A program made the position numbers and the translations under genes. The notes below the pieces were generated by a model that saw only the letters and a program-made list of their open reading frames with translations, searched no databases and was not told where the DNA came from. A stretch of DNA of 64,000 bases from Raillietiella orientalis (taxonomy: Eukaryota): the NCBI GenBank assembly GCA_036172245.1, contig JAYWIR010000084.1, positions 124,001-188,000 of the forward strand, in the 5' to 3' direction. Shown piece after piece: positions 9,380 through 20,700 of the stretch; position 1 is the stretch's first letter, and each line of letters opens with the position of its first letter.

Positions 9380-11065
9380 GAGATCGACTGCGAGCTCAAG
9401 GGCCCCCTTCCCGCACGGGGTCCCATCCCAGCCCGGTTGGCGGCCCCAATGTGGGGTTGCTGACTTTCCCTATCCCTTTCTTTTCTCTTCTCTGCAGGTG
9501 CACCCATGTGCTTGCGAAGAAGAGGTTGGCATCCATACTTCGCCCGGGAACAGCATAAGTCTGCTCCGGGCTAATTACGGATTCTGCCACCTGCCCCAGA
9601 CGCGAAGCCCATAGCCCTGCTATCAACTTGGCGTCCGTATTCACGATTGTGATCGGACGCCAGTTCTTTAAATTCCTGAGGTCTCACCCTTTCGAAAGGA
9701 GCCTCACTCTGGCTGACCGAAACGAGACGGGAACATCGCCTTCGTCTCGGATCAGCCTGATCAACTTAAGCAGCAGGGGTGCCAGCTCTTCCGCGAAGCT
9801 CTGAAAGAACTCCGCGGGCAAGCCGTCTTCCCCTGTAGCCTTACGCCTCTTGAGCCTTTTGATACCGCCGAGAATTTCGTCGGTGGTAAAGAGCTGCTCG
9901 AGGCTTTCCATCTCCTCCTCCCCTATTGCCAAGGCGCCATCTGGAAGCAAGCGCCGAAAGGCGTTTCGATTCGGGGGCTCCGTGGCGTAAAGTGAGGAAT
10001 AAAAACTCCTTACGAGATGCCGTACCGACGCCGGTGACGAACATTCCCGGCCCTGGTCGTCCAGCAAGCTGGCCGACCCGGATTGCCAGGCTTGGAGTTC
10101 GGCCCCGGGGCGGCACTCGGCCAGGCGACGGATATTAGAGGTTCTCTCGTACCTACGAGCCTATAAACAGGCCCGATGGTTGCAAACACCCTCGCCAAAT
10201 TCGGGAGGCAGGCGATCAAGGAAGAACTGCTCACACAACTTGCGCACCGATTCCTTAAAAAGTTCCCAGTCCTGGAGATTCCGGAGCGTGACGCCTCTCA
10301 GGTATTCGCGAAGGTGTTTCTTCGCGCCTGGGATTCGCGTCCAGCCCCCCGGCAGACGCCAATCCATCGATTGCGGTCCCTTGTCACGAGGCCGCATCTC
10401 GAAAATTAACCGGTAATGGTACGACAACGTCGACGCAACCCTCCCCCGTTTGCCGACTTGTGAACACAGTTCAGCGTCGAGGAAGACCTGCTCGATGCTG
10501 CGGACCATTCCCTTCTCACCCGCGAACAAGTTCCACGCACGCATGGCGGCGCACAACTCGTTCATCGCGTTTTCTTGTGTTTCTGGCTCACCTGTTAGCA
10601 GACGGAGATTGAAATCTCCCGCTATCAGGAGAGCCTTCCGCACGCCTGGGTTCGCCAGCCAGTCGCGCTTCAGGGATTCAAGCAGCCTGGTACGGTTGCT
10701 GTATCCCTTTTGAGGCGTACACATTCGTGACGATCAGATCGATCGAGTCGGACCAGCCGAGTCAGCTGACCGACCCGACCGTCGTCATGGAAGCGCACGC
10801 CCTTCACGGCAGCGTCGATGGCCGGCTTCACGAAGAACGCGACCCCGCAAGTGTTGCGGATGCCGCATTGCCAGTACAGCCGAACTCCCGGGATCGTCTC
10901 GATCTCCTCGACGTCTGCCGCGGTAATCACGTGGATCTCCTGCAACAGGGCCAGGTCGAGCTCACGGAGGGTGTCGGCTGTATCTCGCCTGTTTCCGTCG
11001 TCGCGCAGTCCGTTGGCATTCCAATAGGCGGCGCGAATCCGACGGCGACTGGGGAGCCCAGGTGT
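9380..11065 (-). pseudogene. Element B ORF2 N-terminal part (AP endonuclease and RT domains up to KAFD)
   Basis: Motifs YWNANGL, LLQEIH, IAGDFN, ATGEDGLPAEFF, NWRPITIVNTDAKL and EQTYAVPGRSM. Contains frameshifts and stops. Confidence 0.9.
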
Positions 11066-12818
11066 TACTCCTGGGAAGATGGCAGTGCGGCGTCCGCAAC
11101 CTGCTAAGGCGAAACGCTAGGTGGAGGAGGGGGTCGGGTGCTGAAGGCACCTGGTCCCCCTCCTCCATAGGAAACTGTACGTCGAACGGATCGCCCACAG
11201 GTGGGGTCGCGCCTACCTGTTCGCCCTCCTGCATGGAGGCGGGCTGTTCAGGGTCGGCGCCTGCAGGGGGGACTTCACCCCCCTGTTCACCCTCCTCCAT
11301 GGGGGTTTCCGGATCGACGGCTTCCGAGCGTGGGATACCCTCCTCCGAATTTCCCACGCTGGCGACGGCTTCCGTCTTCTCCTCCTCGCTGGTGGAGGGG
11401 AGGCGCCTCCTGGGCATCTGGGAGTTGCGTCCCGACTTCCTGGGGGGTGCCTCCGAGGAGGAGGAGGGTGTACTTCCGGACCCCAGGTCTAACTCACCTG
11501 TGGGGGCCTTCTTCTCCGGAGCCGGCCTTCGCACGGCCTTCCGCGAGGGGTTCTCACGTTCAGCCAGCGTGACCGCGAGCTCCTCCGCCGCCTGCTCGAA
11601 CGCGGCGTCCGCGGCTTCGACCGCCGCTATGTCGCGCGGCTCACTCTCTGTGTAAACAGAGAATTCGCCGTCGCGAGCCTCGGGTGCAGCGGAAACGGCA
11701 AAGAAAGGATCGATGCTCCGGGTGGCAATCTCGGGAACGACGATTCGTTCCATTGCCACCGTGCACTCGCGTAGAGTTTTCGAGCGCGGAACGGGTTTTT
11801 TCGGCTTACCGATCGTCTTGCACCCTTTGCTCTCCGCGGGTGAGAGTTTCCTTGGCTTTCTGGCCTCTACAAGCTGCCATCCCTCTTCGCCTTCCACCGT
11901 TTGAGAAGGTTTATCCTCCGGCTTACGCGCCGGAGGTTGAGGTGTTGGCAGCTTGTGCTGGCCCTTTCCTACTTTAGGTCTAGAGACCTTTAAAGCGCGT
12001 TTCCCCTGCGCTTTTTTCGCGGCAGGGGGAACCGGGGTGGGGCGTTTGGGGCACACGCGCCGAACGTGGCCCCGCTCCCTGCACAAATGGCATTGTATAT
12101 TGGGACACCTTTTACGTAGGTGTCCCACGGTATCACAATGCCCGCAATACCGGGGCTTCCCTACATACCACAGGTCGACGTTTTCTTGCGCCACCTGTAG
12201 TTTGTGGGGAAGCCTACAATTCTCCCGTACGGTGACCCGCGCTGCAGCCTGCCCACCAAAAAGGCTATCAAAGCCGTCGAAAATGGAGGGTTTCGGCCAC
12301 AGTGCGTGCACCTCACCGTACTTCCGTAATTCCACACCAACCGCTGACCGCGTCATGCGGCTGGTGATGCCAGTCATGTGGACCACCACGGAGCGCTCCA
12401 TTGATACTGGCAGGATCTTTCGGCCGTCTACGTTCAGCGGCGCATGGATAAGGCGATGAGCCAAGGTGACATCTTTGCAGACCACCACGACCCACTGCCC
12501 GCCGCTGAGGACGGAGAGGCCGTCCAGATCCTTCTCTGTGACATCCGCGTCCTTCAACGCTTTGCTGAAGGCGCGCGCTGTCCGGCCGTCAAACAAGTAG
12601 CCTACCTGGTACACAAGCGAAGGCTTGCACCCGGAGGCCTTGTATGCGGCCATCTCCGCCATGGCTTCTGCGCTGGGCGCGGCCACCATGGCGCTCCATG
12701 TCCTCGGCGTGGCCGGGGATGATTCCGGGGCGGCTGCCCCTGCTCCAGTAGGCTGTGGGGGCGAACTAGCCTCCCCAACTCCCACCTCCATCGCGGTGTC
12801 CTCTGGCGTCGTGGCCAT
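11065..12818 (-). CDS. Element B ORF1, gag-like nucleic-acid-binding protein with two CCHC knuckles (open except a probable frameshift near the C-terminus)
   Basis: ATG at 12818 (MATTPEDT) with long open frame and knuckles CGHCDTVGHLRKRC and CHLCRERGHVRRVC. The presumed original stop (PSSQE-TAA, 11065-11067) is now out of frame, so the frame reads to 10962. Confidence 0.75.
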
Positions 12819-12904
12819 TGGACACCGACGATGTACACAAAACACCACACAGAAGAAAAAGCGCTTTCCTACTACTCTTTGGGGAGTGAAGGAAAAACAC
12901 GTCC

Positions 12905-14347
12905 TCCTACTGGCCGCGGAGGGGTCTGGCTGCAACGATGCAGCCAGCTCCTCCACCGCACGCTCGAAGGCGGAGTCATCGATCACGGTCTCGATGACGG
13001 ACGATTCCGCTGGTTCGCTCCCCACGCGGTTGACATTTTCAACAGTGGATAGCTCGTCGGCAGCAGCGATTTCTACCTTGCAGCGTTCGGCGGTAACGCG
13101 TTGCACGAAGACGCTGCATTCTTTCAAATTCTTGCTAACCTGCTGTTTTTTATTTTGGTAGGCGTGCTTTTCTTCAGTTCGTGGTTCTTTCTTCGACCTT
13201 TTTTTTTTCGGTGTGGCTTCTTGCCATTCCGACACCTGACCGCTTTTGTCGATCTTTTCGGCATTCGTTGCAGGGGTTTCGGCTGAGGACTGGACCACGG
13301 GAGCGGGTGGCACAGCTTGAGCGGCAGCCTTCGCCGCCAACCTTTTCTGTAGCAGCCGCGCGCGTTTTTTTAGGTTCCTCGCGCAAACTACGCGCACCGC
13401 GGATTGTGGACACACTTCCTTCGTGTCCCATTGTCCCGCATACCTGGCACTGTACGTTGGGGCACCTCCTTTTGAGGTGTCCCGACGTGTTGCAGAAGCC
13501 ACAGTATTTGGGCTTCCCCACGTACCAGAGGTCGACGCTTTCTTAGCCGACCACCAGTTTGTGGGGAAGGGTAGAGCCCTCTTGAAGGGTTACACGGGCA
13601 GCCGTGAGGCCGCACTGAACTGTGGTATAGTCCTCGAAAGGACTAGGCTTGGTCCATACTGCATGGACCGTGCCTTCTTTTCCCAACGCGGCGCGTAACT
13701 GTTCTTTCCGCATCCGTGCGGTAACTCCTAAAAGGTGGACCACCATACTGTGGTCCGCCGTAACGGGAAGGAGCCTGCGTGTCCCCATCACCACGGGGGT
13801 TTTGAGCAGACGTTGGGCCAGATCTCCATGTTTGCAGATCACCTCTATGTACTGCCCCCCGCTACGAATGTTCGTTGCGCAGAGCTCTTCCTCTTTAACA
13901 TCGAGAGCGCTCATTTCCTTCGAAAAGCCGCGCGCACACACAGAAGAATACAAATTTCCTACTTTGTAGAATAGTGATGGGTTACACCCCTCTTCTACAT
14001 AGGCAGATAATTCCGGCGCGGTTGCAGGCGATGGCGCCGACACGACGGCGCTCCACACCCGCGCTGCAGTGGGGACCGGTTTTGTGGGGGCGGACGCCCC
14101 CACAACCTTCTCCACTGAATGCGACGTTGCCGCCGTCCTTTGGCACTCCAACTTTTCTAGAGGCGACGTTGCCGCCTGCACCTGGCAGTCCATCTCTTCA
14201 GGAGGCGACGTTGCCACCGCCCCCATACACGCACTGGTGGTCGTGTCAGGCATTGTTGCCTGATCGACCACCACCACACACGAAGCCTACACCTAGGGAC
14301 GGTTCCCGGCACGAAGAGCACCGAGGAAACACGTCCGCTCTAACCGA
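12905..14347 (-). mobile_element. 5' part of element C (A-family): 5' UTR and ORF1 up to ...SLQPDPSAAS
   Basis: The 5' UTR aligns with 2396-2489. ATG at 14253 (MPDTTTS) and knuckle CGFCNTSGHLKRRC. Clear ORF1 homology to A, with two frameshifts (about 13545 and 13425). Confidence 0.9.
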
Positions 14348-16460
14348 CGTATAGCTTTCGATTCCTTCGACCAGGAGCTCCTTCTGGAGCTGCTGGAACG
14401 CATGGGTTTCCCTGCCGTGCTTCAATCTTACCTGCGCTCCTGCTGGCGCAACGCCTCAATTAATATTGGTTACAGCGGCCGGCACGTGTACGGCGTGCCA
14501 GTGTGCCGCGGCATCCGACAGGGTGAAAGCCTGAGCCCCTTGCTCTTCAGCATCTACTTCGAGTTGGTGCTGAGGGCATACAGGGTAACTCTGGCAACGC
14601 TGCCGAGCTCGTGTGCCGGCACGCCTGCCGTGTCAGCCTATGCAGACGATCTTCTGCTGCTGCTTCCCGGGTCCACAGCAACGTGTACGCTCGAGGACTT
14701 CTTCGAGTTGCTGCGCCGCGGCACGGGCCTGGAGGTGAACAGGGCGAAGTGATCGATGGCTTGTGTTGGCTCGGCGTGGGCTGGACGGTCGGAATGGATC
14801 CGCTTGGGGATCCCCACGGGCATGTGCTTCAAGTACCTTGGCGTTCCCTTGGGAAACTTCTGCGCAGCAGAAGCCTGGTCCGACCGTCTCCAAAAGGCAG
14901 CGTTCGCGATCGGTCTGTTCCAAGAAAGCAAGTTCTACTTGAAGGAACGGGCCGCGGTGTGGAACGCGTTTGCGGCCCCCCTTCTTCGCCCCCTACTTTT
15001 TTTTTGCCCCGCCCCTTATTTTGTTCGAAAAAGAGCAGCGGGTTTCCTGAGCACAGTCTTTTGGGGCAAAGGGAGGTCCCGTGTGAGGCTCAAAGACTTG
15101 TGCCCTCCACGTAAGGACGGAGGACTTGGCGTACTTACGCTGTAGCGCATGGAGCTCCAACTTCGATTCAGGATTCTCGCTCTCGCGGTCGAATTGTGGG
15201 ACACGCCTTAGTGCGTTCCAGCACGCCTCCTCGCCTAACGAGCCTGCGGATTCGGCGGACTTAAGTCGTTTCTGCTGGCGCGCGACCGCAGAGAAGCACA
15301 CAGCGGCTTTCTGCTGCGTCGCATGTACGTAGTAGTACGGGAGAACGCCTGGATCTCCTGCCTCCCAGGGAACTACTCGGCATGGTTGCACGAGTCAGTC
15401 TCCACCTAGGAAAAGATCTACGTACCGGCGGGCACAGAGAACACTTGCCTGAAAAGGCATGCTTGCTGGGCGCTGCAGGAGAGCGTGCAGTCCCACGACA
15501 AGCTTATGTGGACTTTGATAACCCCCTTGCTCCAGCGCTGCCATTTTTCATCAGTGCCAGGGACAGTAAAGAGCTGGGTAAATGGACCGTGTCCTGCACC
15601 GTAAACGAGAGGACACAAGCGATAAAGGCGTGAACTTCTCGGCAGTTGGCAGACGCTGCGTCCCCGAGTGTCCCGCCCAACGGAATACGACGCTGGGGCG
15701 AGCTACTCGGACTATTTCCGGAGGACATGAAGTGGCCCCCAGCGTCCTGGAACAGTGCATTCCTCCACCTGAAATGGCAGGATGTGGCGTTGCTTGTGGT
15801 ACTCTGGGGATTAGCATTCAAAGCACGCCTGCACCACACCACCCGGGGTGCTGTGAATCCTAATTGTGACCGGTGTGGGGAAAAAGAAACATTCCCCCAC
15901 CTTTTCCTTGAGTGCAGCGCCCTCCACCCTTTGTGGGATTGTCTCGCGGGGATCCTGGATTTGCGCGGATGCGGTCCAAAGGACGTTCTGAGGCGCCGCT
16001 TCTGCAGTGACGCCTTGTCCCCGCTCGCTAGTGTAGCAGTCCTCTGCTGCATCAGAGGAATAGTGGCGACCTGGAACGCCACCAGAAGAAGGCGTCAGCC
16101 AACCGGCAACGCCTTACACTGGACTCGCCTTTTCGCGCTCAGAGTCTGCAAGTGGCGCCACTAGGGCGCTGAAAGGACTCAGCTTGTGCGGATCCTGAAT
16201 AGGATGTAGACGACCTGTCCACGCGCACCGTAATCCCTTCCCCACCCTCCCACCCCTACATTTGTTCCCCCCCACATTTGAACTTTGTGTTTCTTTTTGT
16301 TTTTCTTTATTTCCCATCCCCGCGCATCGGAAGGACCTCTCCGGCATGGAGCCAGTAACCACCAACCTGTTTTGGAGTGGTGAACCTTCGAGTTGCCACG
16401 CGACATTTCGATGTAATTTTATTTCAATGAAAGAAATGCCCCGGCACATCCGGGTGTGAA
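14348..16460 (+). mobile_element. 3' half of L1/Tx1-like element E (RT from AFD onward, zf-RVT-like motif, 3' UTR)
   Basis: Begins RIAFDSFDQELLLELLERMGF, then GIRQGESLSPLLF, YADD (14639-14650), FKYLGVPL and CDRCGEKETFPHLFLEC. T-rich UTR, with hairpin at 16437-16456. Confidence 0.9.
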
Positions 16461-19400
16461 TCGTCTACCGCGTCAATGGAGAGAAGTTTTGCTGACGTTG
16501 ATGCCACAGTAGCCGTCAAAGGGGGACCATCGGACGAGTCCGAGTTGCGGGCATACGTAACCCAAGGCTATAGACCTGCTCTCCGATATAAGGTGAGTGG
16601 TTTTCTTTCTGCGCGCGACGGGAATCAGTTCAACGAAGAACTGACCCGTGTTGGCGTGCGGGAGGACCCCCTCGCCATTATACTCGTAAAGGATATGGGC
16701 TATTTCAAGGTGCGTTGCAAAGACGCTGCACTTGTGCAACGCTTGCTGCGCACAACGTTGTCGATACGTGGCCAGAAGGTCTTCCCGGCCGCCATGGATG
16801 ACTCATTCGTGGCGAAGATTTTCGACATCGAGTCCGAAATCTCTGACATTGATATTCGGAACGCGTAGGCGAAATTCGCCACGGTCCATGCGCTGTGGAG
16901 GGTGCGTAGCAGCCTCAAGGACTTCCCGTCCATACACAGCGGAGTCGCTGGAGTCCGGATTACAATGCCGGACCGCCGTCTGCTACCCACAAAACTACAT
17001 GTGAAAGACACGGTTGTTCACCTGTGGTTCGTAAGCAAAGTAAGAACGTGCGAGCAATGCGGGAAGGAGGGGCATTGTTTGGATAAATGACCCTCTGGAA
17101 AATGCCGTTATTGCAAACTATCCGGGCACCAATTGAAAAATTGCCCCGATCTTTTGCGTAAAAAGGCAGCCGCGCAGCTCCATCTTAAGAAACAAAGCGC
17201 GGATAAAAAGATAAAATCTGCGAAAAACCTGGAGACCCCACGGCAGAAATTCCGAAAAAACGCGAGGCGGAATGTCGCCCCAAAGCAGCAGGAAACCTCG
17301 CATGCGAAGCCCTACGCGCCCCATCTCGCGGCAGGAAAGCCGCAAAAGAAAGGGTCCGCGGAATCCGGGGCAATGGTAAGTCCCCCTAGGCGCAATTGCG
17401 GTCCATCCCAAGCACGTCCGGCTCTCTCAAAGTTCGAACAACCGGCGGGGACGCCAATGGACAACGGCGGTAAGGACACTTCCAGCACCGTCAGATCCAT
17501 TCCTTTACCTCCTGCAGTGGCTGAAAAGCCCAAATCGGGTAAGAAGATTTGTGTTCTGTCGACTTCGAAAGTCGGCAAAATAAAATCCTCGTCGCGGTCC
17601 AACACCGCTAAAGCGGAGAAACCTCTCACGCCGTCGCAGTCGGAGAGCAAGCTGTCGACTGGCGCGGATGCCATGCCAACGAAGGGATTAAAAGCCTTTC
17701 CGATGGCAGCGTCCATCACGAGCGTGTCCGAGCCATCGAAAGACTCCCGTCCAAAGACGCGGATGGCTTCAAAGATGGCAATGAAGCAGAATCTCCATTT
17801 ACAGCGCCACGCAAAGTGAGGAACCGTACTGAAGTAAAGAAGACTTCAGCAAAGGTCCCTCGTGCAACTGCGCGTAAGCACGCTGAAAACGAGCGCGCCG
17901 GGAAAGCAGCCGTCACCAAAAGCGATGCACTGGTGACGCAAAATGACAACAGGACAGCTGTCAATCCAGCAGAACCTGTCACTACCTCGCGGAAGGCCGA
18001 AACCCGATCGAACATGCGCCGGTCGGACTCTGAAATGGATGCCGTTCCGCTCACCGAGACGAGGACAACTCGTTCCAAAGCATGTGCGCGCCGATCAAAA
18101 GTAGGCAGCCAGGCAACGCTCCCCGCGAAACAACGCGACGTTTCAACGAAACCCGACGGGGTTAAGCCTGGCGTGGAGGCATTACATGCATTCAGCACGA
18201 CGGAGGACGGTGGCGACCGTCCCCTCCAGCCAGTCGTGCTGCTCCCCGTCTGCTGGCCGGATAAAGCGAGCCAAAAGCCGCCACCTTCCCAGCAGGAATG
18301 CGGGCAATCGCGTCTTCTCGTCCTCTGTCCGTAACGTGTTGGAACGTGAACGGACTACAGAACGAGAAGAGGCGATTAGTAGCCAACGCTCTGCGCCCCT
18401 TCGACTTCGCGCTCCTGCAGGAGATTCACGTAATCTCCGACGAGCAGGCAGCCGAAATCGAGGAGCGCGCAGGCAGAACGCTACATTAGCGGTGCGGCGG
18501 CGCACACACGTGCGGCGTCGCGTTCCTCGTAAGAGCAAAAATGGCGGAAGCGGTGCGTAGAGGCGAACATCCTTTTCGCGTGTACATGGATGCAGCTGCA
18601 GGAAGTCGTGACGCAGAAAAGCCAGGATGCTGCGAAAGTCACAGCCGCAGGAAAGAAGAACAAGCGCCGACGGCAGGAGGAAACGACAGGTGCCTTGGCG
18701 GTCGCGGTCGATCTCCACAAGGCGTTAGACTGCGTAAACCAGAAGCTGCTCTTGGAGCTTATGGAACGCCTTGGGTTCCCGCCGCAACTCCTGCTGTATT
18801 TGCGCGCGTGCTGGCGCCACGCGCTAACCTGCATCACTTTCAGCGTCTGCCGCGTGTACGGTATTCTTGTGCGTAGGGGCATCCGACAGGGCGACAGCAT
18901 AAGCCCGCTGCTCTTTACCATCTTCTTAGAGTTGGTGCGAAGAGCATACAGGCTGACGCTGTCTCACTTGCCATGCTCCTCCCCGGGTATGCCTCCAGTG
19001 GCCGCCAACGCTGATGACCTGCTTCTGGTCCCCATGTCCAACCCGGCGTCCAGTGTCGAGGATTTCTTCGACCTGATTCGTCGGGGAGCGGGCGTGAGCG
19101 TGAACAGAGAGAAGAGCGTGGTCGTTCCTGTGGGTGCGTCGTGGGAGGAACAGTCCGACTGGATCCGCCGGGGGATCCCCACAAGCGGGTACTTTAAGTA
19201 CCTTGGCGTTCCGTTGGGCGCTCTCCGCGCAGTCGAAGCGTGGTCGGACTGCCTACAGAAAGCAGAGTTGCCGTCAGCCCGTTCATCAACGGCAAGTTTA
19301 TCTTGCAGGAACGGGCGACTATTTGGAACACATTTGTTACCCCCCTCCTCCGTCCCCTCTTTTTTGTTTTGGATCCCCCCTATGCGGCAAAACAGCCGGC

Positions 19401-20700
19401 TAAACGCATGCTTAGGAACGCTCTCTGGAGTCCGGCGAGATCCAGGATAGGCCTTAAAGACTTGGCTGCTCCACGTCGGGATGTTGGCTTTGGTATCCTG
19501 ACAATGGAGCGAATCGGACTGCAGGTGCAGTTCCGACTGCTGGTGCTGTGTGCCCAGCTGTGGACATCCCCCCTCTGTGTGCCTGCACGCATTCTCCTGA
19601 GAAGATGCGCCGGCAGCGGAGGACTGCTCTCGCTTTTGCCGGGCACTCAATACAGGAAGCGAGGTTTTGGGTTTCAATTGCGGCAGTTGACCGCACTTCT
19701 GGAAGCCCAATCCTGGATCTCCTGCCGCCCAATAAACTTCGAAGCTTCGAGGCAGGTGTCTGTGGAATCCTGGGAAGCGTTCCAAGGAATGCGCCCTGAA
19801 GATCTTCGCCCACTGCGCATCTTCTTCCGCGATCTTTGGAAGAAGTACTGCAGGACGAGGTGAAGTTTTCTACCCTGGCTGCCACGCCTCTCGCCGCAGC
19901 GCTGTCTGCTTTCAGGGCAAGAAACGACAGCTGCCAACCGGCAAGGTGGGAGGTTTCCTGCACGATAGCGGGGAAAACAAAACTCCTTGGCGCCTGGAAG
20001 ACAAGTGATTTGGCGGACGCCGCAAATCCTCGTTGTACTTCAAAGGGAGTCCTCCGGTGGGCAGAAGAATTTGCTGTCACCTCCGAAGAACTTGTAGTCC
20101 CTCCACAGTGTGTTGACAGTGCGCTGCTCCCCCTTGCTTGGAAACAAGCCGTGCTGCTCTTCGTTCACTGGGGTTTTCAGTGCAGAGAGCGTTGGCATCG
20201 AGACTCCGGGGGACCTGCAACTGCGTTCTGTGCGGGTCGACGGAGTTCATCCTGCACTTAATTCTGGACTGCGGTGTCCTACAAGGGCTGTGGCGTAGGT
20301 TGGCAACAGCACTAATGCATCCCGTGGACACCGCAAGAGACTTGCTGCGACGATTCTTCACGCCGAGCGGGCTGTCCCTAAGCGCAAGGATTGCAACCAT
20401 CGGTTTCATACGCGCGATAGTTTCCGTCCGCCAGGCGTTGGTAATCCACGGGCAGCACCAAGAGGTAATCAGCAAAGCATCCTTCTACTTGGGAGCAGCC
20501 GCTAGATGGCTTCATTTGACAGAGGAATCAAAAAGGAATCTCGCCGAAATATACCGCCGGTTCACACACGCTCAGCAGCGGCCAACCCGGTGATCATTGC
20601 CCTACCCTCCATAAACTAATTTTGTATTTTCTTTTTACAGCCGCGTCCCCATAGTCTCCGGAACATTTCAGGTGCTCCCCGTTGAAATCCCCGTGAGTAC
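16461..20700 (+). mobile_element. Decayed L1/Tx1-like element F: 5'-interrupted ORF1, ORF2 with internal deletion of about 1.3 kb, 3' UTR
   Basis: ORF1 has knuckles CEQCGKEGH and CRYCKLSGHQLKNC. ORF2 ATG at 18298 (TCWNVNGL, LLQEIH), then jumps at about 18560 to EANILFACTW, VDLHKALD, GIRQGDSISPLLF and NADD. Zinc motif CVLCGSTEFILHLILDC, stop at 20593. The 3' limit is approximate. Confidence 0.88.

Larger units (their letters stand above)
9380..12910 (-). mobile_element. 5' half of element B (5' UTR, ORF1, EN, RT N-terminal half)
   Basis: The minus strand ends ...GALELAVDL|HKAFD at the TSD and continues seamlessly into 2395-292. The 5' boundary is approximate (12898-12912). Confidence 0.9.

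Noticed and set aside
10962..13502. 846-aa ORF as a single native protein
   Set aside because: It spans the C/B junction. The native B ORF1 starts at 12818.
9366..16460. Twin-priming 5' inversion or an invertible segment: a minus-strand half ending at KAFD (9366) and a plus-strand half starting at AFD (14354)
   Set aside because: The 14-bp TSD pairs 9366-9379 with 2382-2395, so B's continuation is 2395-292. The inverted block also contains two different ORF1s. Nested insertion explains the pattern better.
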